Origin: a virus | Taxonomy: Duplodnaviria; Caudoviricetes | Virus record (IMG/VR): IMGVR_UViG_3300011678_000001 | Span: 32,001 to 96,000 of that record | Length of the DNA stretch: 64,000 bases | Strand: one strand, 5' to 3' | Part shown: piece by piece, positions 36,225 to 43,545 of the stretch | Position numbering within the stretch: position 1 is the first letter of the stretch | Layout: every line of letters begins with the position of its first letter | Notes under the pieces: generated by a model | Told to the model about the DNA's origin: nothing | Database searches by the model: none | Seen by the model: only the letters and a program-made list of their open reading frames with translations | Made by a program: the position numbers and the translations under genes

Positions 36225-36332
36225 TTAGAAGAACCCTGATTCGCGCATCAGTTCGTTGACCTTTGCCGTGCGGGCGCTGGTGGTCAGGATGCTGACAACG
36301 AGAACGCCAGTGATAAATCCGAGTGTACGCAT
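36225..36332 (-). CDS. 35-aa membrane peptide MRTLGFITGVLVVSILTTSARTAKVNELMRESGFF
   Basis: Read by hand; SD AAGGAG. Confidence 0.65.
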   Translation of the reverse strand: MRTLGFITGVLVVSILTTSARTAKVNELMRESGFF

Positions 36333-36377
36333 GATAGTCTCCTTAAGACTGGGATAGTCAGGAAGATCGTTCTTCCT

Positions 36378-36420
36378 ATTCACTGTTACTATGTATGGTT
36401 GAAATAATCTTCAATCGAAA
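36378..36420 (-). promoter_or_regulatory. putative phage early promoter
   Basis: Near-identical to 9685-9726 (TTTCAACCATACATAGTA on -). Confidence 0.65.
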
Positions 36421-36456
36421 AATAAAGGAGGGCCGAAGCCCTCCGTTTATGCTGTC
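36421..36456. terminator. hairpin terminator
   Basis: GGAGGGC-CGAA-GCCCTCC; T-rich on -, TTATGCTG on +. Confidence 0.65.
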
Positions 36457-37234
36457 ACAGTGACATCCCCACGACCTTACCTTCAGGCCCGTAGCAGATG
36501 GAGTTTTCACACTTACCGCCAATCTGCACCACAATAGACGGTTCCACAATTGGCAGGTAGTGGTTCAGGTCCTTACGTTCGACGGGAGTACGGTTGACGG
36601 TGCATTCCCCATCGGGTGTACACATCGCTTGCGTCACCACCACTTTGGGCCCGGTTGCAAACCCCATATCCAGTTTGAACTGGTGAGCACCTCCTTCATA
36701 CACCTTATCGAAGAGGGCGTCGTGTTTGTCCTGATCGATCCCATACTGCTTGTAGAAGGCCCAGACCAGCAATCCGGCTTCCGTGTAGCTGACACCTTCT
36801 GCTCCATTGAGTGGACCTACATCCATGCGGTAAGCCACCGGACGATTGTCGGTACTTCTTCCTAAGTAATAACCCAACGACACCACGAACTTACCAGACG
36901 TTGTCCAGCTGCCGTAATAGTGACCGTTAAGGTTACAGCTGCCCATGACGCAGGTGCCTTCAAAGTGGTTGGAGAAGTCGACCTGTTTCTGCTTGATCTT
37001 GTCATAACGCGACATGTGTCGCGCCTGCGGATGCCATACACACCGAACCGTAGCAATGCCGCCCTTAGCCTCTGTGCAAGGGATGGCATAGGGCATGACA
37101 TCGAAGTTGCTTTCGTCCGGGAAATCAGCTCCTGAAGCCTTGTAGGGGTCTTCGCCCACTAAGGCTGCGTGACTGTCTGTCAGCAGGGTGATACCTAGCA
37201 GGAAGATCAGTAGAAAAGTCATGTTGCGGATCAT
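36455..37234 (-). CDS. exported Cys-containing protein with signal peptide
   Basis: MIRNMTFLLIFLLGITLLTDSHA signal peptide; SD AAGGAG. Confidence 0.7.
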   Translation of the reverse strand: MIRNMTFLLIFLLGITLLTDSHAALVGEDPYKASGADFPDESNFDVMPYAIPCTEAKGGIATVRCVWHPQARHMSRYDKIKQKQVDFSNHFEGTCVMGSCNLNGHYYGSWTTSGKFVVSLGYYLGRSTDNRPVAYRMDVGPLNGAEGVSYTEAGLLVWAFYKQYGIDQDKHDALFDKVYEGGAHQFKLDMGFATGPKVVVTQAMCTPDGECTVNRTPVERKDLNHYLPIVEPSIVVQIGGKCENSICYGPEGKVVGMSL

Positions 37235-37328
37235 CACGATAACTCCTTGTTTATCGGGGGAGGGGAATGGTAGTCGTAAGCTACGCCAACGAATACTATG
37301 AGATACTTGTCCAAATCCGAGGGACACC

Positions 37329-38078
37329 ATGATTCAACTTATAACGTTAATGAACGGCATCAACCGGTATTTGGGTGAGGTGAAAGCTCGACTCAACACG
37401 ATCATGGACCGTTCCACGCACACCGGCGTACAACCCATCAGCAGCATCACCGATCTTGAGAACCGCTTGACGGGGCTCAAGGATCGTGCAGTCCATACAG
37501 GTGTTCAGCCGATCAGCAGCATCACGGGCTTGGAAGCAAAGCTCAATGCGGTCAACGACCTCAGTACACACACGGGTGATCTGCCCATGTCGCGGATTAC
37601 GGGCCTGGTTGAAGAACTTAAAGTTCACGGTCACGTCTTCTCACTGTCGGCTAACCAAATCATTCCGCAAGGGGTACTCAGTAAAGTCAACTTTAACACG
37701 GACTATGCCAATCCCAGTCACTGGCTTAACATCACAAACAGTCGAATCACAGTTGATCGGGCAGGGCTGTACGAAGTAGCAGTGACCATCAACTACGCTT
37801 TGAACTTCGTTTCCGGCGGTGCCAAGGCGAACATCCATGCATATGCCGCTCACATTCGGCGCAATGGGACTGAAATCCTGAAGAAGGGATTTGCCAGTGG
37901 CTATTTCGACACCCACAACACAGTGATCATCAGCTACGTGGCGTTGCTTAACGGCACCACAGACTTTCTGGAGCTGTTTACCCAGGTGGATGCACCCGAT
38001 GCCAACACAGTTACTTTGTTGTCCAGTCGGTATGAGACCACCTTCTCCATTCGCCGTCTCGGGGATTACACACCATGA
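37329..38078 (+). CDS. short tail-fibre-like protein
   Basis: Three HTG.(Q/L)P.S.IT.L repeats followed by a beta-rich C1q/TNF-like head. Confidence 0.65.
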   Translation: MIQLITLMNGINRYLGEVKARLNTIMDRSTHTGVQPISSITDLENRLTGLKDRAVHTGVQPISSITGLEAKLNAVNDLSTHTGDLPMSRITGLVEELKVHGHVFSLSANQIIPQGVLSKVNFNTDYANPSHWLNITNSRITVDRAGLYEVAVTINYALNFVSGGAKANIHAYAAHIRRNGTEILKKGFASGYFDTHNTVIISYVALLNGTTDFLELFTQVDAPDANTVTLLSSRYETTFSIRRLGDYTP

Positions 38079-38590
38079 CCGCCAGTGTAAAAGTGTCACC
38101 GTACTATAACCTGCTGGTGATTGCACAATCGGCTGGGGTCACAGACTTCAGCACCCTGCTGTATGACAATGGAACGCTGTATATCGAAGGCATCGAACAA
38201 AGTGCGTTAGATGCAGCCATGGTCAGTTACTCGCAAGAGAGCTACGTCAAAGAACTTCAGATGGCTGACATCGCCGCTACTCGTTTCGAACATGAGACGG
38301 GAGGCATTGTCGTCAATGGACTACGAATCAACACCAGTCGCGACAGCCAAGGCTTGATTTTGGGCGCTACGGTGCAGGTGATCATCGACCCAACGTACAC
38401 GTTGCGCTGGAAGACACCGCTGGGCTGGGTGCAGTTTGAAGGCGACCAAGTTACCATGATCGCCTCTATTGTTCGGCAACATGTGCAAGATTGCTTTGAT
38501 CGCGAAGAAACATTAGTTGATGCGGTAAATGATGGAACATTCGAAGAAAGTATGCTCGAACAGGGCTGGCCTGATCCGGTTAAGTCCTAG
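38075..38590 (+). CDS. DUF4376-like tail fibre assembly protein
   Basis: IAA.RF..ETGGI.VNG..I.T.RDSQ, WKT..GWV, HVQ.CF.RE. Confidence 0.75.
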   Translation: MTASVKVSPYYNLLVIAQSAGVTDFSTLLYDNGTLYIEGIEQSALDAAMVSYSQESYVKELQMADIAATRFEHETGGIVVNGLRINTSRDSQGLILGATVQVIIDPTYTLRWKTPLGWVQFEGDQVTMIASIVRQHVQDCFDREETLVDAVNDGTFEESMLEQGWPDPVKS

Positions 38591-38605
38591 TAAAGAAAGA
38601 ATATC

Positions 38606-38644
38606 AACATAGTGGGAGGGCTCCGGCCCTCCCACGTATGCCGC
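38606..38644. terminator. bidirectional hairpin flanked by CATA/TATG
   Basis: AACATA-GTGGGAGGGC-TCCG-GCCCTCCCAC-GTATGCCG. Confidence 0.7.
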
Positions 38645-39058
38645 TTAGCTGGAAGTGCTGACACCCAGCTTACTGAAGACCTCGAAACACGCTGCGGTCA
38701 TCTCTTCGGTCAAGCTGACCCGAGTCGCAAACTCAGGTAACTCGCCGCTGTGAGCCTTCCAGAACCCAGGCCCCGGTAGGCCACGGTCTTTACCGGATTT
38801 ACGCACCACCAGTACGGTGAGGTGAGGCAATCCGTTTGCTTTGCAGAAGTCGAAGACGTCGTACAGAACCGGCGACAGTGCACTGCCTAAAGCACTACCT
38901 CGTGACGGGAGACCCAGCATGATTGCCAGGGTTTCGTAATTGACCGTCTGTCGTTGTATTGCCATCAGTTGCAGGGTATTGAGACAGTAGAGGGCTCTGA
39001 TCTGACGATCGCTCATACCGTTAGTGACGACTGCTTCTTTACAGATGTTAGCTTCCAT
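38645..39058 (-). CDS. putative winged-helix-like DNA-binding protein
   Basis: QTVNY..LA..LG, C..NGLP.LT.LVV.K..G.PG.GF; SD AGGAG. Confidence 0.6.
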   Translation of the reverse strand: MEANICKEAVVTNGMSDRQIRALYCLNTLQLMAIQRQTVNYETLAIMLGLPSRGSALGSALSPVLYDVFDFCKANGLPHLTVLVVRKSGKDRGLPGPGFWKAHSGELPEFATRVSLTEEMTAACFEVFSKLGVSTSS

Positions 39059-39117
39059 GGGAAGTCTCCTGGCTACGTTGGTAGCCTCAGTAGGGTGGGT
39101 TACAGCAGGTGTTACAG

Positions 39118-39702
39118 TTAAACTGCCTTGTCGTGGGACACGGCAGGAGGACAAGCTTTGGCCAGTAACTGGTTAAGCTTGATATTGAGGAACGGGTAGA
39201 ACACCGATTGCGATTCAACCGTATTCAGCCGCACCGCAATAGCGAGTGCGAGGTAATCGTCATCACCCGGACAGTGTTGACGAAACAACCGCACATAGAG
39301 GTTCAGCACGATTGTGCAAAGGTTAATGGCGTGAGTGTGTAGGTCGCGCTGCGTCAGGCAGCCAGCCCGTTCTCCAAGCTGGTAGAGGGCGTTGCTCTCG
39401 ATGACCAGCAAGTGTAGGTCCATCTCATCGGCGGTTCCATGTGCCATAAATACTGCTTCAGCGGTTTGCCTGCACAGGCTGAGGATTGCCAACATGTCAA
39501 TGATACCGTCCAACAGCAACGGGGTCATGGATTCATGTCCGTCTCGCTCAGCACGCATCACGGCAAGTGCGCTGTATTTTTGTTTTAGCAAGAGCTCCTG
39601 TATCCGCTCTTCGCTAGATTTATGGGCATAATCGTCGCTTCGATAGAACCTGTCGTGCAGTTCCACCCGATATTGCAGTCGGGCGATTGACAGGGTGTCC
39701 AT
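39118..39702 (-). CDS. hypothetical protein
   Basis: 194 aa; SD AGGAGG. Confidence 0.7.
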   Translation of the reverse strand: MDTLSIARLQYRVELHDRFYRSDDYAHKSSEERIQELLLKQKYSALAVMRAERDGHESMTPLLLDGIIDMLAILSLCRQTAEAVFMAHGTADEMDLHLLVIESNALYQLGERAGCLTQRDLHTHAINLCTIVLNLYVRLFRQHCPGDDDYLALAIAVRLNTVESQSVFYPFLNIKLNQLLAKACPPAVSHDKAV

Positions 39703-39710
39703 GATACCTC

Positions 39711-40004
39711 CTAATGTGAATGGATGAAGCGGTGAATCTGCTCCGTGTTATGCAGTGTCCCGATGAACACCACGGTGTAAAGAATCAGCAGCACGAGCAC
39801 ATGGATGACATGGCTCATGTACGGCGCAAAGAGATAGACTATCCCAACCGCCCCTAGGAAGAAGAGCGTTATGCATAGTCCTGCCGATGTCCCCGGTCGC
39901 TCATCCCTCGCCCACGGAAGGAGCAGGCAGAGGTTCAACAGGTAGAGGCTTACGCTGATTAGAATCAGCAAGGCGACCACCAGTCCCATGACCCAAACTT
40001 CCAT
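39711..40004 (-). CDS. three-TM membrane protein
   Basis: Three hydrophobic segments; SD AGGAG. Confidence 0.7.
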   Translation of the reverse strand: MEVWVMGLVVALLILISVSLYLLNLCLLLPWARDERPGTSAGLCITLFFLGAVGIVYLFAPYMSHVIHVLVLLILYTVVFIGTLHNTEQIHRFIHSH

Positions 40005-40247
40005 TTACACCACTCCTATCCAAGTTAAGAACCGCGATACTACCAGGTACAGCAACCAGACCATGCACGCTGAGAACAGGGTCTGGAAGAGGATGTGCCA
40101 GACGTTCTGACGCAGGTGACGGCTCAGCGTAGTTGCCAGACATTGATCCACAAGAAACCGATAGGTCTCCCAGTGACGATACACCACTACAGCGAACGTG
40201 CTCATCAGGATAACGATCAGCGCAGTGAGTTCAGTGTCTATTCGCAT
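40005..40247 (-). CDS. two-TM membrane protein
   Basis: Two hydrophobic segments; abuts neighbours. Confidence 0.65.
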   Translation of the reverse strand: MRIDTELTALIVILMSTFAVVVYRHWETYRFLVDQCLATTLSRHLRQNVWHILFQTLFSACMVWLLYLVVSRFLTWIGVV

Positions 40248-40618
40248 TTCTTGGCTGCCCTCTCCCGGAAGAAGTCTTCCAGCTTGGTGGGGTGATGCAC
40301 TTCTGGCAGGCGCGCCTCATTGATCTGCTGCTGCCACTGATTCAAGAAGTCCCGGATGGGCGATTCGCCAGATTCCATGAACTCGACCGTGAACCCGGTG
40401 CCGGTTTGCACGTTACCCAGGTTGTCAGGTTGAGGCTGACCCAGTGCATGCAGCATCCGCTTTGCACGCATCCCAAGGCCATTGCTGAACGTCGGAGCGC
40501 ACATGCCACCGCCCTGAGGGGCGAGGATAGTGAGGTGGTTAAGCAGCTCGATCAACTCAGGTGCATGCTCGACCAGTTTAGTTTTGAGTTCTTCGGTGAC
40601 TTCAACTTGGTTGTCCAT
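40238..40618 (-). CDS. hypothetical protein
   Basis: 126 aa; SD AAGGAG. Confidence 0.7.
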   Translation of the reverse strand: MDNQVEVTEELKTKLVEHAPELIELLNHLTILAPQGGGMCAPTFSNGLGMRAKRMLHALGQPQPDNLGNVQTGTGFTVEFMESGESPIRDFLNQWQQQINEARLPEVHHPTKLEDFFRERAAKKCE

Positions 40619-40627
40619 GACAACTCC

Positions 40628-41008
40628 TTAGAAATGAGTCAGATCAAAGGTGACGATCTGAGGTTCTTGACCAATACCGCTCAGGGCCCGTACACCGAAC
40701 TGAAGACGCTCAGTGTCGCCCCTGTTCATCAACTGCTTGAGGATCTTGGACTTCGGTCCTAACGGCATGACAGTACCGTAGACATTGCCATCCGCTCCAC
40801 GAAACACCTCAGTGATCTTGGCGCAGACATTGGTTTTGTCGATGTGGCTGTAACGCGCCATGCGGCTCTGTGGGCCGGCAGTGTCTGGAACCTTAGGGTA
40901 GCCAAACTCCACCAGCATATCGCCGTTGTCAGCCTTGTCCTGGAGCTTCTTGAGGGCATCTTCTCCGATGCGGACGTCACCGGTACCCAAACGAAAGATC
41001 TTTTCCAT
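40628..41008 (-). CDS. prohead-protease-fold (T4 gp21/S77-like) protein, apparently degenerate
   Basis: EFGYP, ID..NVCA.I..V, VYG.V.P.GP, FGVRA, IVTFD pattern. Confidence 0.55.
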   Translation of the reverse strand: MEKIFRLGTGDVRIGEDALKKLQDKADNGDMLVEFGYPKVPDTAGPQSRMARYSHIDKTNVCAKITEVFRGADGNVYGTVMPLGPKSKILKQLMNRGDTERLQFGVRALSGIGQEPQIVTFDLTHF

Positions 41009-41010
41009 GG

Positions 41011-41214
41011 TTAGTTCTGCCCTGGCCAGTACAGTGCATCCGCCCGACCTTTGAAGACATCAAAGGCCATCTTGACGCGTTTCGAAAACCGAGTGAACGT
41101 CAGCGGACGGGCTCTCACCCAAGCGGTTCGACCATTGTGCGGAATGGCCACGGTGGTGTCAGCTACCGTTTCGTCGAGGTCATACGCGATGACCGCAGCA
41201 GGATGACGTTTCAT
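41011..41214 (-). CDS. small phage protein
   Basis: WV.ARP...R.K.A..VF.GRADAL.W; SD AGGAG. Confidence 0.7.
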   Translation of the reverse strand: MKRHPAAVIAYDLDETVADTTVAIPHNGRTAWVRARPLTFTRFSKRVKMAFDVFKGRADALYWPGQN

Positions 41215-41222
41215 GATGACTC

Positions 41223-41447
41223 CTAGCGATAGTGAAATTGATACGCGACCAACAAGACGCACGATAAGAACGACCCGACGATAAAGACATCCGTCGAGAA
41301 CACGATGAACCGACGAGGGATGTACCAGACCTGTCGTGTCCCTGGAACGATACTGCTGGTTTGGATATAACCCATCACTCGCATCAGCAACACCACCGCC
41401 ACCGCGATGCTGTAGCTGAACAGTGCGATAAACTCCTTATCGTTCAT
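41223..41447 (-). CDS. two-TM membrane protein
   Basis: SD AAGGAG; hydrophobic. Confidence 0.65.
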   Translation of the reverse strand: MNDKEFIALFSYSIAVAVVLLMRVMGYIQTSSIVPGTRQVWYIPRRFIVFSTDVFIVGSFLSCVLLVAYQFHYR

Positions 41448-41469
41448 TGTTGCTCCTTACAGTAGACTG

Positions 41470-41838
41470 TCAGTGAAGGACCTTGTCGTTGGCGATGTTA
41501 GCTGAGGCATCGAAGACCGACCCTTGCACAAAGTCGATCTCCAGCACGCCACGGATCTTACCAAGTGTCGCCATGTCTTCATTTACCTCGATCAGGTAAT
41601 AGACCCCGACATCGTACGGTCCCTTGCCAGGCTCGGGCGCCAGCCCCATCTTGGAAAGATCGGTGCCGAATATGGTCACCACACGCTCATGGCCGAGTTC
41701 CTCGAACAATTTAGGAATCATGTTCGTCAAGGCCACCGCTACTGCAACTTCTAGGTCAGGGTCACGGGCGCGTATGTAGTCCATGGTGGCTGTGGGATCT
41801 TGATTAATGAATACCGCCAGTTCAAGTTGCTTTTTCAT
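41470..41838 (-). CDS. hypothetical protein
   Basis: 122 aa ORF in the operon. Confidence 0.65.
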   Translation of the reverse strand: MKKQLELAVFINQDPTATMDYIRARDPDLEVAVAVALTNMIPKLFEELGHERVVTIFGTDLSKMGLAPEPGKGPYDVGVYYLIEVNEDMATLGKIRGVLEIDFVQGSVFDASANIANDKVLH

Positions 41839-41850
41839 ATCGATTCCCTG

Positions 41851-42675
41851 TTAGACTTTAGCGAGGGTGAGGCCGCGTTGGCCCATGTACTTGCCCATCT
41901 TGTCCTTGTACGACCGCAGACATTCGTCATCGCCTTGGAAGAAGACAAATTGTGCAATGCCTTCTTCGAGGTAGCAGCGTACTGGGCTGTTCGTGACGTT
42001 GGCCACTTCGATGACTACTTCGCCTTCGAACTCAGGCTCGATGGGGGTGACGTTACAGATCAGCGCCGAGCGTGCATAGGTCGACTTGCCCAGCACAATC
42101 ACCAGCACGTCACGGGGAATGCGGAAGAACTCCATCGTCGGGGCTTGGATGTAGCTGTGAGCAGGAATCAGGACATAGCGCGCACCGTCACTATCCACGC
42201 GGATCTGCGGGGCTGCAAAGTTCTCAGCCAGCATGCGCTTCGGATCGATCTCCGGCACGAACACGTTGGTGAAGACCTTGATCTGCTCTGGGTCGCCTTT
42301 AAGGCGTACGTCGTAGCCATAGGACGACGTTCCGTACGAGATCACCTTACGGGCAGTCTCAGGCGGTTCCTCGCCGTACGCGACGTCTACGGGCGCTCCA
42401 GAGACACGGTCGACATAACGCACAGGGCGATCGACAGCCCCTTCGATCATGGGTGTCCAGGTGGCCAGTTCTTCAGGAGAGATTGGTCGGCAGTACTCTT
42501 TGCGCATGAGCTTCTCACGACCGTTCTCCAAGCACCAGTTGTTGATCACCTGTTGCTGGTACGGCGTGTACGGCGGGCCAATCAGACGCACGTGGTCCGG
42601 GTTGGCATGTTCGATAAAGCGGTGCGTTGGTTGGGTGCACTGCTCGATGATCCACTTGTCACTTTTCAAACCCAT
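41851..42675 (-). CDS. dcd: dCTP deaminase
   Basis: LKSDKWI, ISYGTSSYGYDVRL, LGKSTYAR, VTPIEPEFEG, EGIAQ, Y....GKYMGQRG.TL. Confidence 0.95.
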   Translation of the reverse strand: MGLKSDKWIIEQCTQPTHRFIEHANPDHVRLIGPPYTPYQQQVINNWCLENGREKLMRKEYCRPISPEELATWTPMIEGAVDRPVRYVDRVSGAPVDVAYGEEPPETARKVISYGTSSYGYDVRLKGDPEQIKVFTNVFVPEIDPKRMLAENFAAPQIRVDSDGARYVLIPAHSYIQAPTMEFFRIPRDVLVIVLGKSTYARSALICNVTPIEPEFEGEVVIEVANVTNSPVRCYLEEGIAQFVFFQGDDECLRSYKDKMGKYMGQRGLTLAKV

Positions 42676-42685
42676 GTCAGTTTAC

Positions 42686-42985
42686 TCACTTGGAGGTTAT
42701 GATGTAGTTGCGAACTTCGGTACTTCGACCCATTAACACCTTGGCTTGCTTACGCACGACATCGCCGTACCAGATCCATTCGAACCAGTTCATCCTGTCG
42801 ACATGATCACGGTAATATTCGCCTTCAGTCAGGAAGTCCCGATAATAGCGCAGGGTCGTGTCGGAATCGAACAGCACCATGCCTGTCCGCTTAGCGTGCA
42901 AGACTTCATCCGAAGCCTTAAGGCACTTCTGGTACAGTTCGTTGCGCTGCTTGTGACGCTCTTTCACGTAGGCGAAGTAACTCAT
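42686..42985 (-). CDS. hypothetical protein
   Basis: 99 aa; AAGGGA upstream. Confidence 0.65.
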   Translation of the reverse strand: MSYFAYVKERHKQRNELYQKCLKASDEVLHAKRTGMVLFDSDTTLRYYRDFLTEGEYYRDHVDRMNWFEWIWYGDVVRKQAKVLMGRSTEVRNYIITSK

Positions 42986-42997
42986 GGGTAGTCCCTT

Positions 42998-43345
42998 TTA
43001 GTGTACGATGGTGCGTACGGTCGGCTCAGGGCGCTCACACGGCTTAAAGCGTGCTGCTTTCTCTCGGAGGGCGACTGTAAGGTTAAAGCGGGTCGTAGCC
43101 ACGCCTAGTTTGTGTTTGACGGCATAATTCAGTGCCAGCTTCAAGACCGCCTTGCGGATCGGCTCGAAGTTCTGAGTGTCCTCAGGTTCACGGAACAACT
43201 CCCCTACGTAGTAGATGTCGACCATGCCTGACTTGTTGCCTTTCTCGTCTCTGACGACACAGGTACCCATCTTACGGAACCCCGGTAGGGCTGTAAGACT
43301 GACGGTTACCTTATCGTTCAGGTTATGTACTGAAACTGAACTCAT
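42998..43345 (-). CDS. hypothetical protein
   Basis: Internal ATG 43345 preferred; the upstream extension is AT-rich intergenic-like sequence. Confidence 0.6.
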   Translation of the reverse strand: MSSVSVHNLNDKVTVSLTALPGFRKMGTCVVRDEKGNKSGMVDIYYVGELFREPEDTQNFEPIRKAVLKLALNYAVKHKLGVATTRFNLTVALREKAARFKPCERPEPTVRTIVH

Positions 43346-43545
43346 TGCCCCTACCCCATGTTGACAGCATAGAAAAGTGCGACAGTTTTTTATTTTACCC
43401 CTGTTATTGATCAGGGTATCACGTGGATAATGTATCGCTATATAACCGTTCATTTTACAAAAAACTTCTCCCCCGGTACATTATGCAGAGAGGACCAACC
43501 CATCATCATTTGGTCTCAGAAATCATTAGCTAGGGCTATTACCCC

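Noticed and set aside
37400-37615. Direct repeats within the mini-fibre gene
   Set aside because: Coding repeats (HTGVQPISSIT) of a common phage fibre motif
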